Positions 1 through 9,070 of a stretch of 64,000 nucleotides of DNA are shown one piece after another. Origin of the DNA: an uncultured virus (IMG/VR IMGVR_UViG_3300008267_000055) (taxonomy: Duplodnaviria; Heunggongvirae; Uroviricota; Caudoviricetes); IMG/VR virus record IMGVR_UViG_3300008267_000055, one strand, 5' to 3'. The position numbers were made by a program, and so were the translations under genes. A model generated the notes under the pieces. That model was not told where the DNA came from. It worked only from the letters and a program-made list of their open reading frames with translations, and searched no databases. Numbering within the stretch: position 1 is the stretch's first letter; every line of letters starts with the position of its first letter.

Positions 1-81
1 TGGCTGACCGGAAAGTCCGGCTTCGTGTCGGCCGAGCACTGCGAGTTTGCTGAAGTCGTAGAGGATCCATGCAACAGCTGA
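1..81 (+). CDS. 3' end of an upstream gene (partial, unknown)
   Basis: Frame 1 is open from the window edge (WLTGKSGFVSAEHCEFAEVVEDPCNS*) and its stop overlaps the start of the next ORF. Confidence 0.4.
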   Translation, partial: WLTGKSGFVSAEHCEFAEVVEDPCNS

Positions 82-1229
82 AGGAAGTGATGGAGCGCGG
101 CAGCAGGTCTGCCGCTCAGCAGGTCGTCCGCTGGGAGGACGTCTCGCGTGGCTTCAAGAGCGCCAAGCTCGGGATGCCCTGTGACTTCCCTACCAGCCTG
201 ACAACCAACGCTATCCCGGATTGGCTCGCTGCCGTGACGCAGGCTGCCGCCCGCTACGTCATGACGTACGCAGACGCAGTCGCCCTCGGGCGTAAGACCA
301 AGTCTTGGCTCGCCGCTCCGAAGAACAGCCCGAAGTTCACTAAGCTCGTCGAGTTCCTGCTGGACTACAAGACCGAGCAGGGGAAGTACTTCGCCCTCGG
401 ACCTTGGGTTATCTGGCGTCTGACGGGCATGCGCGACTGGTTCGCGCAGACGGCTGACAAGCCTGACGCCTCGCGTTGGCGCGGCGCTACTTGGGAAGAG
501 TCCGTCACGCCCTCTTGGCTGTGGGACCCCAAGTGGCTCATCGAGCCCCGTAACCGTGGCATGTTTCGGCAGCAGATGATGGGGAATTTCCAAGCCCGCG
601 CTGGCCTTGTTATCTGGCCGTTCGCAGCGCGTGAGGCGTTCCAACTCTACCTTCAGTACGCGACAGAAACTCGAGATTCTGCTGTCGACGAGAATCTGTG
701 GGAGACGAAGTACAAGTCGCGCATGGACGTCTTTCTCCGCGAGGGGGAAGCCGACTTCGCTATCATCTCCAACCGGTTGCGCGCGTACCGCGAGTCCAAC
801 AAGCTTGAGGTCTGGGTTTCGGACAATCCGATTCGAGATCTCCAGCTGTTCGGAATCGGGCAGTGTAATGTGAGTGCCCCTCTGACGAGGAAGCAGTCGG
901 ATGCGCGTCAGGACGTGCTTCGACGCAGGAACGCCGCCGAGCAGCTGGCAAAAGCGCTCGGGTCAGAAAAAGAAATCGTAGTTCCGTTCGAACCGCGTCA
1001 CCGCAAGGGCGGACAGAGTTTCGGGCGTAACCGAAGGGTGGCAAAAGGCAGCAGCCCTCGGGCCAAGCCACAAGCCCCGCCAGACTCCCCGGTGGTCTGG
1101 CGTAGTCCGGAGTCGAAAGTAGTAGAGGCCAAACCAAAGACCGAGCCCCTTCCTGACCTCAACAGGACGCTAGACACGGGGCTGACGCAAGTTTCAACAA
1201 CGGTCGTAAAGCGCAAACGGAGCGCGTAA
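69..1229 (+). CDS. Hypothetical protein (Trp-rich core, basic/Pro-rich C-terminal tail), directly upstream of the helicase
   Basis: 386-aa ORF with phage-like codon usage; TAATG stop/start coupling to the helicase; no recognised motif. Confidence 0.75.
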   Translation: MQQLKEVMERGSRSAAQQVVRWEDVSRGFKSAKLGMPCDFPTSLTTNAIPDWLAAVTQAAARYVMTYADAVALGRKTKSWLAAPKNSPKFTKLVEFLLDYKTEQGKYFALGPWVIWRLTGMRDWFAQTADKPDASRWRGATWEESVTPSWLWDPKWLIEPRNRGMFRQQMMGNFQARAGLVIWPFAAREAFQLYLQYATETRDSAVDENLWETKYKSRMDVFLREGEADFAIISNRLRAYRESNKLEVWVSDNPIRDLQLFGIGQCNVSAPLTRKQSDARQDVLRRRNAAEQLAKALGSEKEIVVPFEPRHRKGGQSFGRNRRVAKGSSPRAKPQAPPDSPVVWRSPESKVVEAKPKTEPLPDLNRTLDTGLTQVSTTVVKRKRSA

Positions 1230-2593
1230 TGGATGAAGTAAACCTCGTCGATAGTCTGCAAGCTTCAACCATCTATTGGATGTCGGAGTCGCATCAGTTT
1301 TGGCAGCTGGCTTGTCAGAACATGGATCCTTCCATGTTCAAGGGCGCCTACAAGACGCTCTTTGCTCTGTCGAAGACACAGCACCGCCGGCACAACAGCC
1401 TCCTACTTCAGGAAATCAGGCAGGTGCATGACCAAGGGAAGATGACCTTCGAGGACTTCCTCGCGGTCCACGACGCCTGCATTGAGGTCTGGCAGCAGAA
1501 GCATCCGACCGACGACTCCACCTGGGAGTCTATCGGGCGCTCGATCAAGAGCTCCAAGCGCATGTCGCTTGTGAATAAGATGATCGAGAAGGCCGGTCAG
1601 CGGGCGCCGCTGACTGAGTTCATCCCGCTGATCTCGTCCGTCGAGTCTCTCGGGGCGATGAACGCCGTCCGCGCGATTAACGTCACCCAGAACCTGGACT
1701 CTGCCTTCGACGCTATCAAGGCGATGCAGGGCATGCAGCGCGTGGGCGTCGGAAACCCTGAGCTCGACATGCTCATGAAGGGTGGCGCTCCCTACAAGAC
1801 CTTGACGGTCTTCGTAGGTATGACCGGCGTCGGTAAGTCCATGCTCCTCACCCAGACCATGGCGCACAACATCCTGCTGGGTAAGCCGTGTGCGCTGGTG
1901 ACCTTGGAGCTCCCGTTCGAGTACCAGACCTGCCGTGTCGTGGCACCACTCGTCGGCATGACGATCGACGAGGTCACTGACCGCCCCGACGACGCTGCCG
2001 AGCGCCTCCGCAAGCTTGAGCTGCCACCCCTGTGGATTCTGGAAGCCGACGAGGGCACCGGCGTCGAGGATATTCGCGAGGCGGTTCGCAACACCGCCGG
2101 CACGGATTACGAGGTCGTGCTGATCGACTACTTGGACCTGCTCGGCGGTGGCGCTGGTGTTACCAAGGCCGACAACGACTACAAGGTCGGCGGTCGCGCT
2201 ACGAAGGACCTGCGCAGCTGGGCCGTTAGAGACAACATCGTGCTGTTCTCAGCCTCGCAGCCACAGCGACAGGCGAAGGGTAAGAAGGGCGGTGGCGGTG
2301 GTCCGCTCGGCACCGAAGACCTTGCCGACTCGCAGCACAAGTCCCGCGTCTCCGACAACGTGATCTCGGTCAACATCGAGGAGAAGGAAGACGGCAGCGA
2401 GGCAGTCTACGCCTACCTGGCCAAGTTCCGTACTGGGCAGCCCCGTAAGCGAACGCCCTCGTTCACGTTCAACTCTAGCTACGGGTGCGTGCTCCCTAAC
2501 CCTTACTTCATCCACATCCCCGTCTCGAAGGAGCTTGAGGTTCCCGCCACCACCTACACCGGCAGCACGAAGTGGGAGTTCGAAGATGAGTAA
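1229..2593 (+). CDS. DnaB-like (SF4) replicative DNA helicase
   Basis: Walker A GMTGVGKS, catalytic Glu in VTLE, Walker B LIDYLDLL, SASQ motif, LADS..K, KFR arginine finger. Confidence 0.92.
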   Translation: MDEVNLVDSLQASTIYWMSESHQFWQLACQNMDPSMFKGAYKTLFALSKTQHRRHNSLLLQEIRQVHDQGKMTFEDFLAVHDACIEVWQQKHPTDDSTWESIGRSIKSSKRMSLVNKMIEKAGQRAPLTEFIPLISSVESLGAMNAVRAINVTQNLDSAFDAIKAMQGMQRVGVGNPELDMLMKGGAPYKTLTVFVGMTGVGKSMLLTQTMAHNILLGKPCALVTLELPFEYQTCRVVAPLVGMTIDEVTDRPDDAAERLRKLELPPLWILEADEGTGVEDIREAVRNTAGTDYEVVLIDYLDLLGGGAGVTKADNDYKVGGRATKDLRSWAVRDNIVLFSASQPQRQAKGKKGGGGGPLGTEDLADSQHKSRVSDNVISVNIEEKEDGSEAVYAYLAKFRTGQPRKRTPSFTFNSSYGCVLPNPYFIHIPVSKELEVPATTYTGSTKWEFEDE

Positions 2594-3428
2594 GTCGCTC
2601 ATCGCTGACATCGTCGAAAGCTTCGTGGAGGAGCACGGCGGGGACGACCGCGACTGGATTCGCGTCGGGTGCCCGTGGTGCGGTCACGAGAACACGTCGA
2701 AGCGCAACATGTCGGTCGCCCTGAAGACCGGCTACTTCTACTGCCACCGTTGCCAAGAGAAAGGGTTCTACAAGCGCAGCAAGGCGAAGGAGTGGTACGT
2801 ACCGCCCGTCGACAACCCCTTGTCGGAGATTCCTAAGCCTACGATCACCTTGCCAGACGAGTTTCAGCCCCTGAGCGAAAGGCCCGTCGCGGGCACGGAC
2901 ATCAGGTTCTGGAACTACGTCACAGGGCGTGGCGTGCATCCTGAGACAATCGTCGACTGCGGGATCGGCTACTGCCAGTTCGGCTTCTACCGGGACTGCA
3001 TCGTTGTGCCGTTGTGGGACGGCCCCAACCTCAGCGGGTTCGTCGCCCGTAACATTGTCGACCGCTCGTACCGATACCAGAAGGGGTTCAAGCGCGAGAT
3101 CAGCATGTTCAACAAGGACAGGCTGTGGGATGACGATCCTATCGTAGTGGTGGAGGGCGTCTTCGACGCACTACCTCACTACCCGCACACTGTCGCGGTA
3201 TTAGGAAAACCATCACACGAGCACAAAAAACTACTAGCTTCTTGTAGAAAGCGTGTGTACGTAATGCTCGACGGCGACGCGAAGGCAGAAAGCTGGGCGT
3301 TAGCTACACTACTTAGAATGGGTGGCGTCGATGCCATCTATGTCCCAGTCGCACCAGGGAAAGATCCCGGGGATGCGAGCCACGAAGAGTTCCTGCAGGC
3401 AATTCAACAAGCGAGTAATCAACCATGA
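2586..3428 (+). CDS. DNA primase (Zn-binding domain + TOPRIM)
   Basis: CPWC...CHRC zinc ribbon, VVEGVFD, LDGD and KDPGD TOPRIM motifs; start placed at ATG 2586 overlapping the helicase end. Confidence 0.92.
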   Translation: MSKSLIADIVESFVEEHGGDDRDWIRVGCPWCGHENTSKRNMSVALKTGYFYCHRCQEKGFYKRSKAKEWYVPPVDNPLSEIPKPTITLPDEFQPLSERPVAGTDIRFWNYVTGRGVHPETIVDCGIGYCQFGFYRDCIVVPLWDGPNLSGFVARNIVDRSYRYQKGFKREISMFNKDRLWDDDPIVVVEGVFDALPHYPHTVAVLGKPSHEHKKLLASCRKRVYVMLDGDAKAESWALATLLRMGGVDAIYVPVAPGKDPGDASHEEFLQAIQQASNQP

Positions 3429-4306
3429 ACATCAGCGTACAGTTCGACTCCCTCGAAGAGATGGCCGCCTTCGCGGCTTTCGTTAGCCGCGCACAGGCTC
3501 CTGCTACCTCTGCTACTCCCGCACCCGCACCCGCACCCGCACCCGAGGTCGCACCTGCTCCTCAGGCCAAGCCTGAGATCAAGGCTGTCGAGCCTGTGAA
3601 GCAGGTCGACGCGTTCGTCAGCGTTACGCCCGCTCTGGGTGGCATGCGCTTCGTCATTCCCGACCCGATCGTTCACATTGACAACAACGTCGCGCCTGCA
3701 CCCGTTGCCGAGCCCGCACCCGCCGCGAAGCCGCGTGACTTTGTCCTGCCGGCTACCGAGCCTGAGGGTGAGAAGAAGAAGCGTGGTCGCCCGAAGAAGC
3801 TCGCGGACGCCCCTGACACCGGCCCGTCCAAGCGCCCTGAGATTCAGGAAATCCCTGCTGGGCACGCGCACGTCATCTCAGGTGGTGCGAATCTCCCGAC
3901 GATTTCGCGCATGGCTCCGATCGAGTTCGACGAGGACGAGGGTTCTGAGGTCGGGACGGACAACGACGAGGAGGCGGTGAAGGCGCCTGCACCCAAGGTG
4001 CAGTTCAGCATCACGCCGACTGTCGAGGAAGAGGAGCGTGAGGTCGAAGAGGGTCTCGCAGCTCTGACGAGCGACGTCCCCGAGCGCAAGATCCTTACCA
4101 AGGACTTCCGGATGGACCCGCAGATCTACGAGACGCCGAAGATTGGCGTCGCGATGGAAGACGCGATCGCCTACCTGAAGCAGCAGGGCGCCTCGATTGA
4201 CGACGTGACCACGTTCATCCTCGAGAACGCCGGCAAGTTCAAGGCGTTCCCGAAGGCGAACCCGGGCGAGAACACCATCCGCAAGTTCGTCCAGGGGAAG
4301 TTCTAA
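3425..4306 (+). CDS. Pro/Ala-rich, largely disordered protein with an AT-hook and acidic tracts
   Basis: KKKRGRPKK AT-hook core, PAPAPAPAP linker, acidic segments EFDEDEGSE and EEEEREVEE, small helical C-terminal domain. Confidence 0.75.
   Translation: MNISVQFDSLEEMAAFAAFVSRAQAPATSATPAPAPAPAPEVAPAPQAKPEIKAVEPVKQVDAFVSVTPALGGMRFVIPDPIVHIDNNVAPAPVAEPAPAAKPRDFVLPATEPEGEKKKRGRPKKLADAPDTGPSKRPEIQEIPAGHAHVISGGANLPTISRMAPIEFDEDEGSEVGTDNDEEAVKAPAPKVQFSITPTVEEEEREVEEGLAALTSDVPERKILTKDFRMDPQIYETPKIGVAMEDAIAYLKQQGASIDDVTTFILENAGKFKAFPKANPGENTIRKFVQGKF
3518..3546 (+). repeat. Hexamer tandem repeat (CCCGCA)n encoding Pro-Ala
   Basis: cccgcacccgcacccgcacccgcacccg inside the 3425..4306 ORF. Confidence 0.8.
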
Positions 4307-4307
4307 G

Positions 4308-6965
4308 ATGATCGACCTCTTCCCAGATTACCTCGACACCATCGCGGTTGACGAAGCCTTCCCGTTTAATCCTCGGGAGAGCAGCGTAGACCGGAAATGG
4401 ACAGCGAGCGGGCGCTCTAAGGTCATGCAGACCAAGGGTGACGGCTGCAACCTGTGCAAGCGTTGTGATCTGAGGGAGGGGCCGACCATTGCCAAGCCCC
4501 GCCTCGTGCGTGGTACGACTGCCGAGCGCATGCTGGTCGTGCTCTCGCAGTCGACCCTCGACGTACCTACGGAGCGGATCGTCACCTCGACGATCCGTAA
4601 CCTCGGCTACGAGGGTCACATCCTTTACGACTTCGCCTTCCGCTGCGGGACGCTGAGCCCGCGCGGAGGCGCACCGCTAAAGGACTCCGACATCTCGGCT
4701 TGTCGCCCGTATCTCTCGCACTCGTGGGATACCTTCAAGCCTGAGATGGTCCTGCTGATGGGAAGCCAGGCAGCCAAGTCGTTCGCCGGCTTCTCCATCG
4801 CCACCTATTCGAATCGGGGCTCGTACTTCAACGTGTACAGCACCAACCTCAAGCGGCGGATTCCTATCGTCGGCACACACCGCGCTAGCGACGTGCTGAT
4901 GAACGAGATGTTTCACCGCCACTTCTCCAACGAGGTCGGCTTGCTGCTCGACCTGCACCGCAACCCCAAGAAGAACGACCTGCCGAAGGCGCACGCCGTT
5001 CTCGTCAGCCCGTACGAGCTAGACTGGGCGGACGAGTGGTTGGAAGACGCCAAGATCATCTCGTTCGACACCGAGACCTACGGTCTTCAGCACCAGAAGG
5101 ACTTCATGATCGTCGAGGTGACGATGACGAAGTCCCTGCGCAGCGAGGACCCAACGCTCGTCTTCGACGAGAAGTCCTTGGAGAGTCCTGAGGTCCGCAA
5201 GTGGCTCAGGAAGGCTCTGACGCAGCCGCACATCCAGTACGGCGGCCAGAACATCGACTACGACATCACGGCCTTTGACGTAGACCCGCGCTTTGCCTTC
5301 CGACCTGGTCCGATCGCTTGGGACACGCGCGTCAACGCCAAGCTCATTCACGGTGAGTGTGACGCTAGCTTGGCTCAGCTAGCCTTTCATGTCGGCATCC
5401 CGTCTCCCAAGCGCGAGATGGACGCTGCCCAGAAGGACATGGACCAAGCGGAGATTATCCAAGAGGCGGCCCGTGGCCTGCTGAGTGAGGAAGAGTCCGA
5501 GACCACGGCCGACCGCGAGAAGTACCTGAAGAAGCGCAAGAAGGCGTACATGTATCGCGGGATCGACCCTGACGTCCTGCACCGCTACGCCGCGCGCGAC
5601 TCGTGGGTCACCTTGGCAGTCCACGAGCACCAGCAAAGGGAGCTCGACCAGTACCAGCCGGTACGAGAGCACGGCAAACGCCTCATCTACCCGGCGTACG
5701 GCTTCCTCGGGCGCATGTCTCGGGTCGGGCTCTACATCTCTCGTGACTCGATCAGGCAGGCCGGGCACTACTTCGGCTCGCGCATCTCAGAGCTCGACAT
5801 CGTTCTCAAGAACAGCGGTGTCAGCCCGTCGAGCAACGCGAGCGTGGGCGACTACATTCAGGCTGTCGCTGCCCCTGACATGATTCGACGTACTGAAACT
5901 GGGGCTATCTCGACTGACCAGAAGGCTCTAGAGCTCCTGAAGGGTGACCCGCTCATCGACAACCTCTTGGCTTGGCGAAAGCTCGTCAAGCTGTACGGCA
6001 GCTACGTCACGACCCTGCCGAACTACATCGGCAAGGACGGGCGCGTACACCCGAGGGCTGACATCGTCGGCGCTCGGTCGGGTCGTCTGTCGATGACTGA
6101 GCCGGCGGCTCAGACCATCCCGTCTAAGGGTGGTCCTGACGCAAAGGTCGTGAAGAACCTGTTCCAGGCTGACGGCCGCACGTTCGGTAATGACTGGCAC
6201 GACGACGACTGGATTATTATCCAGGCTGACTACAAGACGCTCGAAATCTACATCGCAGCAGCTTGGTCAATGGACCAAGAGATGCTCTCGATCCTGCTGA
6301 GCGGAGCTGACTTCCACGCCATGACGGCGGCCAAGATCGCGCCTGATGCTTGGGGCATCACGAGCGAGGAGTGCCTCCGCATCATCAGGGAGCAGAAGGC
6401 TGCGGGTAAGGAGTCGCCCTACCGTAACCAAGCTAAGACCGCCAACTTCGCCGCCATCTATAAGTCCTCGGCGAAGGGCCTGAGCTCTACTCTTGGCATC
6501 GCCCTGCCGGCCGCAGAGAAGCTCGTGGAGGGCTTCGAGAAGGCGTTCGCTGGTCTGGTGCGGACCATGGAGGACGCGCGCATCAAGACCCAGCTTACGG
6601 GCGAAGTTTGGATCCCGTGGGACGGCAAGCCGGCTCGCCGGCGCGAGCTCCCGTCTATCGGCTATCACGACTACAGGCGTGGTGGTGCAGAGCGTGGATC
6701 ACAAAATTCACCAATTCAGGGCTGGGCTTCTGATATCTGTCTATCAGCTTGTGTAAAAATCGAACAGGAACTACTAGACAAGAAGCTTCCTGCACGTATA
6801 GTGCTCTCAGTTCACGACTCGATTCTAGTCGAGTGCAAGAGCAAGTACCGCGATGAAGTAAAGGACCTGATGGAGCGGTGCATGACCGCACAGAAGGTCG
6901 GACCCCTGACCCTGAAAGCTGACTTCGAATACGGATTCACCTGGGGTAACCTGCAACCCTTCTGA
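4308..6965 (+). CDS. Family A DNA polymerase with N-terminal uracil-DNA-glycosylase-like (Fe-S, family 4-type) domain and 3'-5' exonuclease
   Basis: CxxC..C..C cluster (CNLCKRC, FRC, ACRPYL, KPEMVLLMG); Exo I FDTET, Exo II NIDYD, Exo III YAARD; motif A ADYKTLE, motif B RNQAKTANFAAIY, motif C VHDS. Confidence 0.95.
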   Translation: MIDLFPDYLDTIAVDEAFPFNPRESSVDRKWTASGRSKVMQTKGDGCNLCKRCDLREGPTIAKPRLVRGTTAERMLVVLSQSTLDVPTERIVTSTIRNLGYEGHILYDFAFRCGTLSPRGGAPLKDSDISACRPYLSHSWDTFKPEMVLLMGSQAAKSFAGFSIATYSNRGSYFNVYSTNLKRRIPIVGTHRASDVLMNEMFHRHFSNEVGLLLDLHRNPKKNDLPKAHAVLVSPYELDWADEWLEDAKIISFDTETYGLQHQKDFMIVEVTMTKSLRSEDPTLVFDEKSLESPEVRKWLRKALTQPHIQYGGQNIDYDITAFDVDPRFAFRPGPIAWDTRVNAKLIHGECDASLAQLAFHVGIPSPKREMDAAQKDMDQAEIIQEAARGLLSEEESETTADREKYLKKRKKAYMYRGIDPDVLHRYAARDSWVTLAVHEHQQRELDQYQPVREHGKRLIYPAYGFLGRMSRVGLYISRDSIRQAGHYFGSRISELDIVLKNSGVSPSSNASVGDYIQAVAAPDMIRRTETGAISTDQKALELLKGDPLIDNLLAWRKLVKLYGSYVTTLPNYIGKDGRVHPRADIVGARSGRLSMTEPAAQTIPSKGGPDAKVVKNLFQADGRTFGNDWHDDDWIIIQADYKTLEIYIAAAWSMDQEMLSILLSGADFHAMTAAKIAPDAWGITSEECLRIIREQKAAGKESPYRNQAKTANFAAIYKSSAKGLSSTLGIALPAAEKLVEGFEKAFAGLVRTMEDARIKTQLTGEVWIPWDGKPARRRELPSIGYHDYRRGGAERGSQNSPIQGWASDICLSACVKIEQELLDKKLPARIVLSVHDSILVECKSKYRDEVKDLMERCMTAQKVGPLTLKADFEYGFTWGNLQPF

Positions 6966-6972
6966 GGTTCAC

Positions 6973-7365
6973 ATGTTTGAAGCTGACGAGCGCTACCTTT
7001 TCGACCTTGATCAAGTTGTCGAGCTCACCCCTCGCGCTACCGCCGAGGTTGCGTCGGCCGCCTACAAGCACGCCGAGGCCAAGGCCAAGTCGCTGCGTAC
7101 CAAGCGGGACCTGAAGCAGGCCGAGGCTCGCACCTACCTGGCTCTCCGCGAGGAGATGACCATGGCTGGCTCCAAGCCTACGGAAGCCACGCTCAACGCG
7201 ATGGTCACGACGCACCCGGACGTCGTCTTCGCCGAGGAGCTGTACATCGAAGCAGAATGCGAGTATCAGCTCATGAAGGCCGAGCTGGACTCACTCGCTG
7301 ACCGGGCGATGGGCATGAAGGTGCTCACCTCCTACGTCAAGAAGCAGATCGACGCGGGCCTTTGA
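6973..7365 (+). CDS. UvsY-like recombination mediator (helical/coiled-coil)
   Basis: 130-aa all-helical protein with a KPTEATLNAMV..HPD pattern, next to SSB and RecA. Confidence 0.55.
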   Translation: MFEADERYLFDLDQVVELTPRATAEVASAAYKHAEAKAKSLRTKRDLKQAEARTYLALREEMTMAGSKPTEATLNAMVTTHPDVVFAEELYIEAECEYQLMKAELDSLADRAMGMKVLTSYVKKQIDAGL

Positions 7366-7391
7366 TCCTTTTCACCACCTGAGGTATTCAC

Positions 7392-8135
7392 ATGCGTGAC
7401 ATTATTGCTGTTCCTGACTTTCAGTTCGAAGAGTACGACCCCACCACCGCCGCCCTTGAGAACCCTGAGATCGAAGTTCCGCGTACCTACTCCTCCAACC
7501 TGCGTCTGGAGAAGGGTCGCAACATCGTTCGCTTCGTCCCCAAGATGAAGGACCGCCCGCTGTTCCAGCAGGTCGTCGAGCACTGGTGCACCAACGTCGA
7601 GGGCAAGCGCTTCCCCGTGGCGTGCCGCAAGGCTCACATGGGCGAGGACTGCCCTGTCTGCGACAAGGCTTCCCAGCTCAAGGCAGCTGGTATGCTCGAT
7701 CTCGCTGACGAGATGTACCCGTCGAAGCGCTGGGTCGCGCTCGTCGTCGACATGAAGAATCCGAGCCTCGGCGCTCAGATGCTCTCCTGCACGAAGACGA
7801 TCTACGAGGCTCTCAACGGCAAGGCTGATGACCCCTCGACCGGCCTTTTCTCGCTCTACGGCAACTATGCCTCGGCGAAGAACGGCTACGAGGTCCACAT
7901 CATCAAGACCATCGAGGGTCCGAAGACCTCGTACTCGGTTCAGGCTGACCCGCGTCAGGCTGGCCCGTTCAACAGTGACTGGCTGACCTACCGTGCCATC
8001 CCCGACATCGCAGCCGAGAAGCTCGTGTTTGAGCCCTATCACTCGATAGAGGCCAAGCTCGCGCACCTCACCCCTGCGCCGTCCCGTGGCGGTAAGGCCC
8101 TCGGTAACCGTTCGACCCACAATCTGCCCCGCTGA
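7392..8135 (+). CDS. T4 gp32-like single-stranded DNA-binding protein
   Basis: GxNxVRFVP, H..C..CPVC zinc motif, GYEVHIIK..EG.KTSYSV pattern; between UvsY-like and RecA genes. Confidence 0.75.
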   Translation: MRDIIAVPDFQFEEYDPTTAALENPEIEVPRTYSSNLRLEKGRNIVRFVPKMKDRPLFQQVVEHWCTNVEGKRFPVACRKAHMGEDCPVCDKASQLKAAGMLDLADEMYPSKRWVALVVDMKNPSLGAQMLSCTKTIYEALNGKADDPSTGLFSLYGNYASAKNGYEVHIIKTIEGPKTSYSVQADPRQAGPFNSDWLTYRAIPDIAAEKLVFEPYHSIEAKLAHLTPAPSRGGKALGNRSTHNLPR

Positions 8136-8143
8136 GGTAACAC

Positions 8144-9070
8144 ATGGCCGCTCCAAAGCGTGAACGGCCGCAGTTCCTCTCGCAGGTTGAGGTTAGCCAG
8201 GTGCCCGTCATCCCGACGGGCAACTGGGCTATCGACAAGGGAGCCCTCCGTATTGGAGGGTTTCCTTGCGGTCGCATTTCCGAAGTCTTCGGTGCGGAGT
8301 CTGGCGGCAAGACTACCCTCGTTCTTCAGGCCTGTGCCCAGGCTAACAAGATGGGCAAGGCCGCTCTCTTTATCGACGCAGAGCACGCGCTTGAGCCTGA
8401 GCGGGCTATTCAGCTCGGGTGCCAGCGTGACAAGCTCGCCGTCTATCAGCCGTCCTCGGCTGAGGACGCCATCGATACGCTCTACCACGAGTGCGTCTCG
8501 GGGGATTACGGGATCATCGTCGTCGACAGCGCAGCAGCGCTGACGCCGCTCGCTGAGCTCGAGAAGTCCGCCGGGGAACACACGGTCGGGTTGCAGGCTC
8601 GCCTGCTCTCGACTGGCCTCCGCAAGGTGGCCGGCGTGGCGTCGTCGACGGGTACCTGCGTCATCTTCACCAACCAGCTCAGGCAGAAGATCGGCGTGAC
8701 CTTTGGCTCGCCGAACACTACGCCTGGTGGCAACGCCCTCCGGTTCTACACGTCCATGCGCGTCGAGGTCACTCGTATCTCGACCAACAAGGACACGAAC
8801 GACAAGCCGATCTCGAACACCGTTCGAGTCAAGGCGGTCAAGAACAAGATGGCTGAGCCCTACCGTCAGATGGACGTAGAGCTGGTCTACAGCCTCGGTT
8901 ACGACAACCGAGGCACCGTGTTCGACATCGCCGTCGAGCAGGGTAAGGTCAAACGCTCCGGCTCTTGGTTTTCAATCGGAGACCGGAAGCTAGGTCAGGG
9001 TCGTCCGACGGCCTTGGCCGCACTAAGCGACGCCGACATCGCAGCGATTCAGGAAGAACTGACATGCTGA
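8144..9070 (+). CDS. recA: RecA recombinase (phage-encoded)
   Basis: GRISEVFGAESGGKTT, FIDAEHAL, VVDSAAAL, GLQARLLS, IFTNQLR, TPGGNALRFY, VKNK. Confidence 0.97.
   Translation: MAAPKRERPQFLSQVEVSQVPVIPTGNWAIDKGALRIGGFPCGRISEVFGAESGGKTTLVLQACAQANKMGKAALFIDAEHALEPERAIQLGCQRDKLAVYQPSSAEDAIDTLYHECVSGDYGIIVVDSAAALTPLAELEKSAGEHTVGLQARLLSTGLRKVAGVASSTGTCVIFTNQLRQKIGVTFGSPNTTPGGNALRFYTSMRVEVTRISTNKDTNDKPISNTVRVKAVKNKMAEPYRQMDVELVYSLGYDNRGTVFDIAVEQGKVKRSGSWFSIGDRKLGQGRPTALAALSDADIAAIQEELTC

Noticed and set aside
4308..6965. Z-genome (DpoZ/MazZ/PurZ) system suggested by PolA plus MazG
   Set aside because: No PurZ or DatZ in the window; both genes are common without base modification
8965..9063. N-terminal extension of the nuclease overlapping recA
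   Set aside because: First metallophosphoesterase motif starts right after ATG 9064; the extension is an ORF-caller artefact (likewise primase 2535-2585)
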